From Blasia pusilla (taxonomy: Eukaryota): 64,000 bases of DNA. Below, piece after piece: positions 50,200 to 64,000 of the stretch. The notes beneath the pieces were generated by a model. The model ran no database searches, was not told the origin of the DNA, and saw nothing but the letters and a program-made list of their open reading frames with translations. Location of the stretch: contig CM114271.1 of assembly GCA_050084515.1 (NCBI GenBank), forward strand, positions 4,154,001 through 4,218,000, read 5' to 3'. Made by a program: the position numbers and the translations under genes. The number at the start of each line of letters is the position of its first letter. Positions within the stretch are counted from its first letter, which is position 1.

Positions 50200-53100
50200 A
50201 ATGTACGTGATTTTCACAAGGTTTTGTGTGTAAAAGCCCAAACACAAAAAGTCCATTCAGGATTCTAAAAGGGAGAGCCTCATGCAAGAAAAAAGGACAT
50301 GGCAACATAAGTAAGAGAAGAAGGAAAGCACTTCAAGTTCAAACTACAACTACTCTGGTAGAAGAGACTATTCCAACTATTCCAAATACCAAAATTTCAA
50401 ATAATGAAAGTCCATTTGTAAGGTAATATTCATACATTGGTCTTTTTCAATTTCCTTTTTTTTAAACCGTTCAACGTTCATATTGATGTTCTGCCTAATC
50501 TTTGTACACTTTCACTCTTATTTCACGCCTTTTTGTGAGGATGGGGTTATGGTTGAAGCAAATCATGGAATTCCTCTTAGAGTTCCAGAAGATGAATTTG
50601 TGCAAGATGATTGTATACTTAAGGTGCAACAAGCTACCACTTATATATCACCAAGAGTTTAGTTACCCAATATTTCATTCCATGGGTATTCCAAGTGTGC
50701 TTCTTTGACCAAACCAACTACTTATGCATTACCAAGCGTTAAGTTAACTTCCACAATCCATCTTCAAGATAAAGTGTTCATACTCGCCATGAAGTCCAAG
50801 ATACTGCCTCTACTTTTTCTAATCTCGAGGATGAAATAACCTCAATAGTTCATTCAGTGCATTCTATAGATTATGGATTTATTTGACTAGTACAAAGTGC
50901 TACAATTCCAAATGCTTCTACAATCCATCCTCTCAACATATTGATATAGTTGTCAAAGGGAAGACAGTGGTCATAGATAAGCGGATATCTTTAGTTTTAC
51001 AATGTTATCAATATTATAAGTGAAGATACTAGCTATTGTATTAGGTAATGGAAGTGAACATAGACCATCATGATATAGTAGTACAACTTCAAGGAGGAGG
51101 AGTTAGACGTATTTCCAACCTAAATGGAGCATATATTCCATTACACTTTCTTTTTATTTATTTATGTATGGTGAAGCATGTCGGCATGTTGGAATATCCT
51201 TTAGAAATCTCCAAAGTATTCAAAACACTTCATCACCGATTAGGAAGGTGTGACACATTGAAATTTTGGACGAGTATATGGATAAAGGACCAACTTGACA
51301 ATGATGTTGTTTAGGAGACAAGGACAAAGCGTCTCATAACCTTGCAATTTGCATATTTTATACTACAAACGCGGAGTAGTGTTGAAGATGACAATTATTT
51401 ATAATGATTTGGGCGACTTACTAAAAAGTATATGATTTACCTCTATGCCATTATAGAGATGTACTGATTATCATGGGTATGCCAAAATCAGAAGGAGTTG
51501 AGAGGGTCGAATTAAATCAAGGTGTAAAGAGTACAATGCATCCACGTTATGTGGATAACACAAGATTCAAGAGATGTATTATATTATTCCTCTTTTTTAC
51601 CAAACGTCAACATCATATGCATCAATTATATTAGGATTCAACAACAATTTTCAAATATTTAGGGAACTTGATTACTTTTTTAGTATGACAAGCAATCCAA
51701 TGTGTGAAGAGATCACACTATCCTTACTATATGATCAATCAGTTGGAGATCGATCAAATTTTATCTTGCAAATTTGTTAGAAGAAGAAGAAGGAGTTATC
51801 TTCAACAAGCACGCGTTGAGTCTAGTTGTAGAGTGCATTCATATCGTGGAATTCCAAAAGAAAGATCTATCGCATGGACACATTCTTATTACTTTAGGTC
51901 ATGAAGATAAACGACATACAACTTCTGATTACGATCCTATCATTTGGGCTAAAAATCTAATCAAACTACTCATCCAAGGCTTTATTCTACTATGTCTAAT
52001 TATATGGTTCATGGTCAATGTGGGCCATTAAATCCAAATGTACCATATATGAATAAAAAGACAAAAAAATGTACAAAAAGCTACCCTCACGCTTTTACAA
52101 CCATAACTATATAGATGGAAGATTGATTATTATCCAATCTTTCGCATGTACTTATCATTGTATCTTCTCTTATCTTTACTTATTCCGTGACATTTGAGAT
52201 ATTTTATTCATTAATCAGTACTCTAGTTTTATATATTGGAGACTGAAAGGGCGATAATGGTAGGCCAAAATTTGATGGATAATCGTTGGGTAGTACCCTA
52301 CAATCTAGTATTGAGCAATCTTTTTGATTATCATATTAAATTGGAGATGACCAGTACTATTACTATAGTCAAATACTTATATAAATTTTTATCTAAAGGT
52401 TTGGATGTGACATCATTTAAGTTGTTAAAAGATAGTAATACACCAAGCGTTATGAATGTTATTGATCGATGAGATATTATCATATATGGATACGATATAT
52501 GCTTCTTCTAACTCAATTTTCCCTTCCATTATGTTTTATTTTTTTACCTTAATTTGGAATTTATACTTAAATACTTTGAATTCTTATTATAAATAAATAT
52601 CTTCATTCAAGGAATGTTGGTGAAATGTCCAAGTATTTTGTAATTAGTAGTTCATCTTACGCAACAACAAATAGTTTACTTCAGTGATATGGATGCTCTT
52701 TGGGATATTTTTCAACAAAATAGAGAGATGACTCTAACATGATGGATTACAACTAATCTATCTGATTCTATTGCTAAAAAATACATGTATATTGATTTTC
52801 CTTCACATTATCATTGGAGTAACAAGACATGGATTCTAAGGATACAAAGAAAAAATAGGTTTGGCCTTCCTATTGGCTGATTATATCTTACTCATCCAAG
52901 TAAATATTCATATCATAATTATTTTATTATTTCTAGTTGCTTAAAACTTTCTACTTTTCTATGTTATATTTTACAACGAGGGAATATTTGTGGAATTGAT
53001 CGGATAATTTATTTAGGTTATTGATTGATGAAGGATAACGTGATTGGTTAAGACTACTTCTCTATCGAAGTACGATTATAAGTGAATCCTTGAGAATTGG

Positions 53101-54968
53101 AGACGAAATATTATGTCCAACATTTGAGGAGGCCACTATATAATTGGGACTTCTTTAAGATGTTATGGAAATTTTCTCTTGCTTCAAAGAAGCTTCTATG
53201 ATCCATATAAGGTTTTCACTTCAATGTCTTCTTTAAATTTTTTTAGCGTACAACACGCTTGCTTGATTAGCTACATTATGGAGTAAATTTTTAGATCCAC
53301 TTATTGAAGATCTTTGATATAAAAAACTTCAAGTAATAATCCACTATCTCCAAAAATATTTGTCATAAATATCAAGATGGAAAAGGAAAGATATTTCTAT
53401 AGAATCTCTTCTTGAAACTAAGTGTGCGGAGTGTAAGGGATATAGCTATGGATGTGGCATCATAAAAAAATAGATGCGCTATTTTTAAATTGAGGACATA
53501 TTGCACATTCATGCTTCAAGGTTTTGATCCACCTCCATAAGATCTCTACATAGGATTATGCACTTCTATACTTAAAATCCTATTTGCTCAATATAATAAT
53601 GCAGTGTATCCACACATGACAAATTCTAATTTACTTCCCATGACATATGTCATTTGTAGTTTATTAGTCGATAGTCTTGAAGTACACTTAATTCGTGTTG
53701 CAATGCTTGTTATGTGGGATAAAACACCTATGACTCATGATTATGCATTTGAGGTAGTGAATTGCTCTTTACAATTTATTATGGGAGTGGTCTCTATTGA
53801 GCTACGACAAGTACTATTTGGTGGAAAACTCATGATATTTGTTAAGTCTTGCTTGTTGTTCGTCATAGGAATCATCCACAAATCATCCAAGCGACTATCA
53901 AGAGGTTATCTCTATGGTCTCATGTACAGACCATGAAGTCGATGACAAACATGCTAGTACAAAACTTAGAAGGTCATTTGCCTGTCCACCAACAAGCTTT
54001 TGCTAATTGGTTATTGACAGTGGAAGAGGGTCGTGTACCTTTGCATCCTCATTTGGGAGATAACTTTATAGGATTGCCATCAACAATGGTTAGGAAAATT
54101 AATAAGATATGTGATATTATGAATATAATATATGGAAATTCACATGATTGATTCCATGATCTTGACTTCTTATGAGATACAAGTATTATAACATTGCGAA
54201 ACAAAGATGTTGACGATATAAACTGATATGGTGTTTTTCGGTTTCCTATAGAGGTAATAATCATTTCACACCTTTTCTTCCCAATTCCACATTATTCCAT
54301 GAATTATTTAATAAAGTCTTCTTATAACATCCTCTTATACTATTTATTGGAGCAGATTTACCCCAACTTTGACTCTATTTCAAACGAGGGGATAACTCAT
54401 ATATATCCCATTGAATTTTTTACCATATGTTGGCCCTTTGGACCAACTCCAAACGGTTTTTGTTTTAAGATTGATGCACCAATCATGCTCTTACAAAATA
54501 TGAATAAGTCACATGGACAAGCAAACAACATCACATTGGTGATTCTTGGCAATATTGCATACACATTGAAATCATCACAAGGAGGAATATTGAAAATCGA
54601 TTTTTTATTACACGTATTGCATTGATTGCATCTGACTCCAGCCTACCATTTCATCTCCTTAGATTTCAATTCCCTATATATTCGTCCATCGTCCGTCTCA
54701 TGGTCAAACTATGCAAAAGGTTAGAATTCACTTGCCTACTCCTGTTTTCTCTTATGGTAAATTGTACGTACCATTATATAGAGTAGGGAAGAGAAGTTCC
54801 ATTCACATTACGATGGGAAGCGAAGACCATTTAAATAAGGAAGGTCACCACAAAAAATGAAATGTATAAGGAAATGCTTAGTTGAAATAAAACATTCAAT
54901 TTTTTTAACAAATACACATTTGTATAGCATTATCTCATGCACCGTGTATCGCATGAGCATCTTGCTAG
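50200..54968 (+). mobile_element. Decayed, near-complete Helitron (RepHel) with canonical 3' end; 5' boundary uncertain
   Basis: Motifs in RepHel order: HDIVVQLQGGGVRRIS, HIVEFQKKDLSHGHILI, DNRWVVPYN..L, IVKYLYKF..KG, VMWDKTPM..., LFGGK, FANWLL.V.EG, APIMLLQN. The 3' hairpin CTCATGC..GCATGAG (54934-54957) is followed by CTAG|T (54965-54969). Confidence 0.92.
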
Positions 54969-56834
54969 TATAATAGATTGCAAAATCTGTAATTTTCAAG
55001 TTATAAGCCCTTTTTTGGCGAACTACTATTTTATGACATATGGTAGAATGCTTGAAATGTGCATTCTTTTATATGCCTACACAGGAGTTATATTTGCATA
55101 ATTAAAGTTTAATTAATTTTATTTGTGTAAAAGAAAGGGAGTAGGAGAAGATACATGAGATTAAATTTTAAGAAAGAGAAGAGAAAGTGAAAATTTCTCA
55201 AAAAGATAGGTCTCTGCTATTTTTTAATGTTTAATTTTCAATAAGAGAGGGAAGTACACATGAGAATTTATAAATTTATTATTGAGCCCTTATCTATTTA
55301 TTGGAAGATCTATCCAACTTTTCCCTTCCTATCTCTTATTGAAAATTAAGAAATGTGTTTAAATTTCTTAGTAGGGATGAGGATGATAGAAAATGATAAA
55401 GTTTCAACAAAAAGGGTTTTATAGGAAAATTTTAAAGAAGGGATGGGAAGATCTAGATAGATAAGTGTTCGACAAGGGAGGGTTTGGTAAGAATTATTTT
55501 CAAAAGTTAAATGTTCAATTGGAGAGGGGAGGAGAGATAAGTAGAAATATTGAAGAGGGAAGTGGAGATAAGATAAAACACTTGGAGATGGTTGGAAAGA
55601 AGGAACACACCCATATTCTTCTTCCATTGATCATGATTACGTTGTTTAGACTTCTAGTGGAGGCTCTTGCCATCTACCTTGGAGGAGACATACCATTCCT
55701 TCCTAGAGGTCTAGAGACAAGATGTTCATTATTGTAAGGAGTCCATCTCTCTCTCTCTCTCTTCCAAAGTATAGGGTATTTTATTTATCTTAGGAGATAA
55801 GACATGGAGAAGAAAACATGTTATAGTACATAAAATACAAAGGTTCAATAATAAATCCCAATTCCCAAGAATAAGCAACCGAATCGAGAAGAAATTGCAA
55901 TTATGTTGAAATGAGGTATACGAATTGATAAGAAATTACAAATTCTAATCCATCACCACTAGAGATATCTTTACTATTAAAGGAGGATAGCTTCTTAATT
56001 TGCAAACACTTCTTAACTTGATATGACAATGGGGGAGGAAAAGATATCTTCCTAGCACGAGAATAAATAAATAAAATTTGGGTAGCATGATGTTTCAAAT
56101 TTCAATAGTATATTGTTCCAACCCGGAAAAATCCAAAAATTATCTAGACATCTATATTATTATTAGCAACAAGGGTCTCAACAACAAACCTCTCTCTATT
56201 TGACACTTATTCTTTTGGATGGCTTCTAATTGCCACACTTCTCGCTTTTAATAATTTAGTCCCATTTAACTAAAGTAGAGAAAGGATGGGAGGAGAAGGA
56301 GAAAAAAGAAAGACTCTTCCTAACTCGTGCAGGGCACTGGCACCAACAAAACGTCTATACTATACCATTAAAAGATAATTTACTAATTTGTAAACACCTC
56401 GCCAATTGAGACTTGCCATTCTAACAGCAAGAAAATGTTTTGATAACATGGACAACCAACTTCTTTTCTATGAATTTGTGGGCAAATATCATTATTGGTC
56501 CCTTAGAGAGCACATGTTCCACACTAGTGATACTAATTCATACATCTTTCTCTAATAAAATGAAAAAAATGACAACGCATTGCAAGACTATGCCATGACC
56601 GCCCAAGAATCCGGATATAATCCATGGGCTCCGCAATATCTCAAACGGATCGCACAGTCTTTGAAGACACAATACTAATCCATCCACTCCCAAAAAAATT
56701 AAAGTAAAAGACACAGTCCCACTAATCCACACCAATCCGAAGGACTGCCTACTCATTTCCGAGGTCCTCGTCACCTCATAGGCTCAAAACTCAGCTCCCG
56801 CAATTTGAATAGTACGGCGGGCGGTCGTCATGAT

Positions 56835-56886
56835 AAAACCATAAGGAATGTGCGTTTACGGGGCCACCGAGGTTGGACTATATAAA
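56835..56886 (+). promoter_or_regulatory. snRNA promoter: USE-position element AAAACCATAAGG (56835-56846) and TATA box TATATAAA (56879-56886)
   Basis: TATA lies ~30 nt upstream of the U2 start. The candidate USE lies 32 nt upstream of TATA, the plant Pol II snRNA spacing, but its sequence differs from the angiosperm RTCCCACATCG. Confidence 0.6.
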
Positions 56887-56909
56887 CGGAGGCTAGTGTC
56901 ATAAGCAGT

Positions 56910-57105
56910 ATACCTTTCTCGGCCTTTTGGCTAAGATCAAGTGTAGTATCTGTTCTTATCAGTTTAATATCTGATACGAGGATCATCGATCCTCACGATA
57001 TTAATCTTATTTCTTTCAGGGTGTGGGGCCAATCTTGCAGCTTGCTGCCTGGGACCTGCCAGTGTCGCCTTGGTATTGCACTACCTCCTTGGCAGGCGCA
57101 GCCCT
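56910..57105 (+). ncRNA. U2: U2 spliceosomal snRNA
   Basis: Starts ATACCTTTCTCGGCCTTTTGGCTAAGATCAAGTGTAGTATCTGTTCTTATCAGTTTAATATCTGATA, including the GTAGTA branch-point recognition sequence. Sm-site-like ATTTCTTTCAG, loop-IV ATTGCAC, and a 3'-box-like CA-N4-AGACCAA at ~57114. The 3' end is approximate. Confidence 0.97.
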
Positions 57106-60100
57106 CCCTCCTTCACGGGAGACCAACGAACTCAACCAGGAGCATCTGAAATTCGTAGTTTCTCCCTGGCGTCATTCAATGAATACTGTTTTAATGGATG
57201 AAACCCTACAGAGAAACCGCAGCAGGATCTGCAGCGTAGTGAGAGCCAGGTGTGATGGATTAGGGTCGAGTGGGTTGAATCATTCGTATGTACACCGTAA
57301 AACGGCCAGTGATCTGAGGATTGTTTACCTGGAATTACCTGAAGTAACCAAAGAGAGTCGATTATGGTTTATTCCGATTGGAATGCGTACGTTCGATTCG
57401 TAGGAGACGGGAGGACCGGAGTCATAGTAGGGTGGCGCCATTGTCTAGAGTTTCTTCCCACTCCGAGTTTTCAAATTTGAACCAGAAGATGTGTAGGGTT
57501 ATGATCGCTATGAACCGCAGTTATTCGCATTGTCTGTGGATTGCGTACAGATGCTGAAACATCGTAGAATCTGCCTGTTGTGGGTGCGAGGGACTAGCAA
57601 GAGTTTGTTAACCTGTGTCTCGGATTCCCTGTAGCCAGCTGCGCCGGCGCCGAATGGAGGCGGAAGAATGTTGGCAGTTCTGTAGGTCGCGGTGATTCAG
57701 ATTGTGTAGGGATTGTGAGGAGTCTGTAGTTGTACCCTTGAAAAATTTCTCTTAAGTTGGCAGCCTGCTGCAGGGGTTTTGCCAGTGTTCCTTTAAAGGG
57801 TTTCGTCGTGGTAATCTCTTCTCGCTCATTCGTAATAATATGGAATCCGACAAGGTCAGCATTTGGATCGAATCCCTAGAGCTTCAGTGATCAGAGTGTC
57901 TTAGGTCTGGAGAGGTTCCGTGATCGTTGCTCTTCGTTATCAGCCGTTGGTAACGACCGTAAGCGAACGTCGTAGGAGTCATCTATTGCTCGAGGGCGAC
58001 AAAATGGAGGAATGGAATAGCAGACCGCCTTGTAAGAAGTTGGCACCTTGCTTTCCTACAATCTCATGTCGCGGTTTGCAGTAGCGCTGGGTCGGGGTGA
58101 ATGTATGGATGAATAGGTAGCAGTTCGATGTATTTGCAACGATCGAGAATGTCTTCAGCTTCGGATAACTACAGTGATCACTGCTCACTGACTACATGCG
58201 ACTGAGGAAGCATTCGACCTGTGACCGACTGGAGGTCGAATCCGTTGAGTTTTAGTTATCAGAATGTCTTGGGATTGTGAAGAGCTTAGGTTTGAAGAGC
58301 TTCTGTGACCGTGCTCTTCACTAATCAGCCGTTACTAACGACTTCAAGGCAACTTTGCAGGAGTCATCTCTTGCTCGGGAACCCCAACAAATCAAAGCAG
58401 GAAAACCTCTTAAAATTCGGTCACTTGCTTTTACACAATCTCATGGTCGTCGATAGCAGTAGCCAGGGTGGGGTCGGGGTAAATAGATACGTGTAGCAGT
58501 TCCGTGTATTCGCAATGATCCAGATGTTTAGGGATTGTGATTCGTGAAGATGGAGGACTACAGTGATCCTACTCAATTATCACGGTTTACTGACGACCTG
58601 AAACTGACAAACCACTCGTGGGGCTTTGCGATCTTCTCGGGTCGAAAGCGTTCGTTGAACTTGCGTTGTTGATGGAGGACTGTGGGCGTATTGCAATTGG
58701 CACGTCATAGTTCCGCTGTAAGTATTTGACGGTGTACATTTGGTAGCACTTCGAGTATGTGACATCCTTTCGGTACGAAAGCGGGGGACCCTTACACTGA
58801 CAACAGCAGACGTTCGCAACTATTTGCGGGAATGTTCTTCCACACCAATCCATCAGTTCGTTAGTGCTTTGCGGTCTTCGAGCCCGATTCCGCAGAATTT
58901 TGAATCGCGTGAGACGCGTCGAATGTGGGACAGTGCTCATTTGGATCAGCCACCAGCGAGCGGGTTTCACGATCACGTTGGATCAGCTGTCGACATTAGA
59001 TCGCCGAAAGGACAGGAGCCATTTGACCGTTGCCTCGCATGTTGGGCAGTGTTGGGAATTGAAGTCAGCACGGATCATCCGCATCGTTCCTACAAGAAGA
59101 GACATGCTACTCTAAGTTTAGTTGATCCGGATTCCGGAATCCGGATACAGTTTTCACACGATGTTATCAACCAATCCATCATGTCAAGGGTCATCGTGTC
59201 GCACGTCATGGCTCCTCTTCAGACGGCTCGAAGCTTCTTCTTCTCCAGCACAGTATGTTTGTACAGCACGCACGAGAGTTTGTAGTAGTTGGGGAGGTTA
59301 CAGGCCTGTACGTAATGTCGTCTCACGGAGGAAGGTTCATGTCGTCGAGACTGTGGTCAGTAGGATAAAACAGGTGGGTTGGCTGCCCTGCATGGCTGGC
59401 TGGGGCTGGAGTAAAAATTTCGCAAGCTCCGCAGCGGGAGTAAGACCGAAATCGTTCCTCCCAAAAGTAGCGTACCCCTCGGTCCCCTCCCAACGTTTCA
59501 TGCACTCGCAGATTGCTGGATCTATTTAGAATCTTCACCCAGATCGACAGACCCGACACGCTTCAAGCGACGGGTGCTGAGAGATCCTTTGTGCTTCGCT
59601 ATTGTCTGGAATCCTGCCGAAGTGCAAAATCACAGGTGCCTCTACCACTTCTGAATCAGAGACACAGGCAGTGATTCATGGAGCACTAGGAGTGCGTAAC
59701 CTGCTGTGCATGGATTTCAACTACAGTAAATGAAGAAGTAATACTGTGAACTCAACAAGGTGTTGGGGTTGGTTTCTGGGAATGTTCGCGTTGCGAGAAT
59801 CTGCAGGAGTTTTGATTACGGTAAGAGCGAACTCAGAGAAGTGGTGGCCGTCCATGGAATACTCGGGCTGCGTAATCTAACTTTCATGAAATGTGGTTAT
59901 TATTGTAAGCGAAGAGGGATGGAAGTGAACTAATCCTCCTCCTGCGTTACAAAGGCAGAAGTAAGTAAAAAACCATCGGCAACCGAATTCACAACAAACC
60001 TTGCAAGGTACACAGCTGGAGAAAAAGACTCCACAAGAATTCGAACGTGGCAACATTGGACCCACTGTCAAGTATCATTTGATGCTCAGCGCAACAACCA

Positions 60101-61398
60101 TGTCGGAGAGGAAATTCGGAAAAGCGCAAGTGCATAAAGGGCTGAAGCACGGGTGGGACAAGTGGACTTAGTGAAGGACACAGAGCCCGAGAACGCTCTC
60201 AACTGAGGATCTGATCGCCTCTGCCGCCGTCTGTTCAGACATATTTCATCCGACGGATTTCTAGCGTTTCCGGAACCCTGCCTTTGTAGAGAAGGAATTC
60301 ACCGCAGCATATGCTACAACTGTCAGATCCTTGCCAGCACAGCTACGTCCAGCAAGAAAAGCAATAGCATATGCTGCAAGCTTAGTTGGAAAATGGAGGA
60401 GTTCCCAGTTCAGACTAGGAATTGAATCCACCCTGCCGAGCTATAGTGGGGCCGGGCATCCCGAACATATGCCGTTCCGATCTCCTCTTGGTCTCATGCG
60501 TTTCGGAGTCCGTGCTAGTTGCAAGAATCCCTGCGATGGGAGATTCGAAGCTACAGCGGATGCATCCGAAGCGCTCACAAATGTGAGTCGGCACTGAAAG
60601 ACCCGAGAGACCGCTCGCATCCGGAACAGAGGATGTGCAATGCATACACCGGTACTATTGGTGGAGGTAAGCACGCTATGCTATGCATTATCCTCACAAT
60701 CACCCGCCAATTAGAAATTGACGAGAGTGGATATTTACGGCGATGAACTGAACCAGCTCCGCGCCGAGATTGGAAACCCGTTGGGTCCCGGACAAGGAAA
60801 GTAGTAGCCCACTCCGAACTAGCCGGAGCCTCCGTGAGCCGAAGCCAGAGCTGGGGCACACGGATGCCAGCTTCGTCCATCGTGACACTACGGGAGAAGG
60901 AACCATGCATGTAAGAGAAAAGTGATTAGCATGACGCAATTTGCCTGCAGGAATCCTGCGCGCTCATGAGATCTCACATTGCGTCTACCACCAGGGCAAT
61001 GGGGACCCCGAAGGGAGTCGGGACATAGCCAGGGCTGATCGCAGAGCAGTCACTGCGCGCTCTGTCTCTCTCTGTCCTTTCGGGTCCCTGCGGACAAGAA
61101 ATAAATCACATCATTCTGTCCCTCTCTCTCTGTGGGCTACGATACACTCAGAATTCTCCGAGTGGACGGGAAAGGCGAAGCAAATAAAATTATCTTCCTG
61201 TCTTGGTCTGGGGCTAGGAAATCGATTCCAGTCTCTCGCCGTGGACTGCATCCTGTGAATCCTGTGAAACCACTTCCTTCCGATTCTAAGATAGGTTCTC
61301 TCGCAGTTTCAAGTACCATTGCCTTCTTGGGTCTCAGTGGGCCGCAAATTTGTTCGTTCGTTCGCTTGTCCATTCCTTCCTTCCTTCATTAATTCTCC

Positions 61399-61434
<36 letters not shown>

Positions 61435-61614
61435 GTATTTGTCAAGTCCCGTGGGCCTTTTGGATCCTTGTGGACAATAATCATCGCATTCATTCTCTCC
61501 TGTGGACAATAAATCAGTTCATTCATTGTCTCTCTCTGTGTAGCATGGGCTGCCTATTGTCGGAGTAGGAGGAGCCACTGCCCTATGTGCTGAACGTGAG
61601 AGAGAGAGAGGTGG

Positions 61615-64000
61615 ATGGGTATCGAGAAGATGGGCCGATTCAAAAGCGTGAGTGGGTTGATATGTTTGGTGGTCGTGCTTCGCCATCTTTATTGCTGCTT
61701 AGGCCAGATCCCCAGCACACTGGACGGACCATTCACCCCCACGACGGTCTCATTCGACCCCTCTCTGCGTCAGGGTAGCGAGGATCTCTCCATCTCTGAC
61801 CCTCGAGTGGTGAAGAAAGTGTCAGGGATTTACCCGGAGCAGATATCTATTGCACTCTCGACACCGGATGCAATGTGGATTTCTTGGGTCACAGGTGAAT
61901 TCGCTCTCCTGGAATCCTCCAATATCCTTGCACTGTCGCGTAGCTTACGTTGGACACTGGACCGGAACCGGAAGGTCCTCCATCATTCCTCCATCCTCCA
62001 TTCCAATTATCGTCGTGCTTCGAGGCGATGGACTGATTGCTGAGATTGTGAGATGTCGAATGCAACCTTTCACTTCCAGTTTAATTGCTTCGAATGGAAG
62101 AGAAGGGCTGCGAGCTCAATTGCTTATCAGAATGGACAAGAAAGTTTAAACATTACTCCTATCTGAACCGAGTAGTGTACTCTTCCCGAGCGAGGGATTC
62201 CACCAGTGATTAAATTATTGTTGATACGGAATGCAGGAGATGCACAATTGGGACCCAAGGTTACTCCCTTGGATCCCTCGACAGTGGGCAGCGACGTCGT
62301 GTATGGTATTCAGAGTGGTGTGTATAAGTCAACAGCAATCGGCACTTCGTCCGTCTACAGTCAAATCTATCCCTTTCAGGGTCTACTAAACTACACCTCA
62401 GGGATCATCCATCATGTTCGCTTGACTGGTACGCACATGTCCACAGAGCGTAGAACTCTCAGATCATTCTCCTGTGACACTTTAATCGTCCAGAGCTTTT
62501 CATGGACACCGTGACTTAAGGGTTTGTCTGCTCATGGGTTTGCTCTGTGGTTTTGGAGATCTTTGTCCAGTCTATACGTACACTTTCTCCTTTGGCTATG
62601 TTGAAGTAGGTGGGGCCTTGGAGCGTCTAGTGTGTTCACTGTTCCACCGTTTGTGGCACAAGTTGATTTCGACATATGGGTCTACAGAAGTCAAGGATCT
62701 AATGGACTTTATCTTCCTACTTCTCAAAATGTGGTATTTGATCATGTTGCAAGTCGCAAAGACACTCAAGTCCCCCAAGAGATAGTAATGGGTGACGAGA
62801 ATCAGTTCAGATGATAAATCAAGTGCTTGTGAACAGTTTAGAGCTTTCTGGTTTAGAATGCCCATCGTGCTTAAGTGAGATCGGTGCAGGACTATCACAT
62901 CGAACTGTGGCGAATCGGTCATATTTCCTAGTTTGCTTAGCCTCTCATTCGTCTCAGAGTTGTAGCTGTGGTATGATATTTGATGCTGACGATTGTTTTC
63001 TGACTTCCATTTGTTTGTTCAGGTCTTCTTCCAAGCACAGTATATTACTTTGTGTGCGGAGATAGTTCATTAGGAATCATGAGCGAAGAGGGCTCCTTCC
63101 AAACCCTTCCCCTGCCCAGTCCAGTAAGCTACCCTGCCAGAATTGCTGTGGTGGGAGACCTGGGCTTGACTTACAATTCTAGTTCAACTCTGGACCACGT
63201 AATCCAGAACGATCCATCTATGCTTTTGATGATCGGAGACCTGAGCTACGCCAATCAGTACCTCACCGATGGCACTGGAGCAGCGTCGTGCTATAGCTGC
63301 TCTTTTCCCGACAGTCCTACACGAGAAACCTTCCAGCCTCACTGGGACAATTGGCAGAGGTACGTTTCCATTCAAATGTTGGATTGTTTGAGTTGGAAAA
63401 TTCTCGTTTGCTGTGAACACCTTCTGCCATAACAGTTTTACCAGATTGTCACTCTAGATGGACTTTCAATACCGTGGTTGGTTTGTTTTAGTCGTAAGAG
63501 AACTGAGAAACTCTTGTTTGATATCAATATTAATACTGCTTGCCATAGCCTTTCGACCAGAGTGCCACTCTGGATAGGCTGTCATTTGCTATCGATATTA
63601 TTATTGCTTGCCACAGCCTTCTGACCAGAGTGCCACGCTGGATAGTCTGTCAATTTAATATGATCGGTAGAGGAGGGCATTTCAGGTAAATGCGCGTGAT
63701 TAGAAGTTGGACCGGCCTGTAGTATTTCAAGTCGAATTGTCAGACTTTCATTCAGGGGAATGGTGAGATGAGTTTGTTGACTTGCCAAGATGTTGGGTTG
63801 GCAGGTTCATGGATCCACTGATATCCAAGATACCGATGATGGTGATAGAAGGAAATCATGAAATTGAGCCTCAAGCTAATGGGGTGACTTTTGAAGCTTA
63901 CAAGACACGATTCGCCGTTCCATTGGAAGAGAGTGGATCTGGAACCAGTCTTTATTATTCCTTTGATGCCGGCGGCATCCACTTCATCATGCTTGGAGGC
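61615..64000 (+). CDS. Purple acid phosphatase, PAP23/PAP15 (phytase-type) clade; exons 61615-61894, 62237-62428, 63023-63359, 63805->64000
   Basis: IPSTLDGPF...PEQISIALS...ISWVTG, LLNYTSGIIHHVRL, metal-ligand motifs GDLG, GDLSYAN and GNHE, and FYYSFDAGGIHFIMLG. All introns are GT..AG with consistent phase. The start may be the ATG at 61615 or 61630. Confidence 0.96.
63521..63656. repeat. Two-copy ~68-bp tandem duplication in PAP intron 3
   Basis: TGCTTGCCA.AGCCTT..GACCAGAGTGCCAC.CTGGATAG.CTGTCA occurs twice in tandem. Confidence 0.8.

Noticed and set aside
57023-57403. 126-aa ORF overlapping U2
   Set aside because: GTG start inside the snRNA and no protein features.
58740-59285. 181-aa ORF
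   Set aside because: TTG start, no recognisable homology or splice structure.

Overview
Eukaryotic land-plant genomic DNA, probably from a non-seed plant (inference from gene style and TE content). Three host genes are recognisable: the 5' end of nucleoporin GP210/NUP210 (minus strand, left edge), a U2 snRNA gene with a USE-like element and TATA box (~56.9 kb), and the first four exons of a PAP23/PAP15-type purple acid phosphatase (right edge). Between them lie ~55 kb of nested, mostly decayed transposons: a near full-length Ty1/copia element with both LTRs, other copia RT/RNase H fragments, four Helitron RepHel remnants, a CACTA-like element, and several solo or partial LTRs with clear TSDs. 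The most unusual part is ~30-37 kb. A CpG-rich, transposon-like block there carries a minus-strand, intron-containing pseudogene ending in a beta-class N4-cytosine/N6-adenine DNA methyltransferase-like domain. Opposite it is a divergently oriented pseudogene with a WRKY/GCM-like zinc-binding domain. About 17 copies of a 27-bp palindrome (GCAACCCGTCGGAnTCCGACGGGTTGC) are arrayed with unique spacers only in the non-coding parts of this block. All protein assignments come from motif recognition by eye; no database searches were run.
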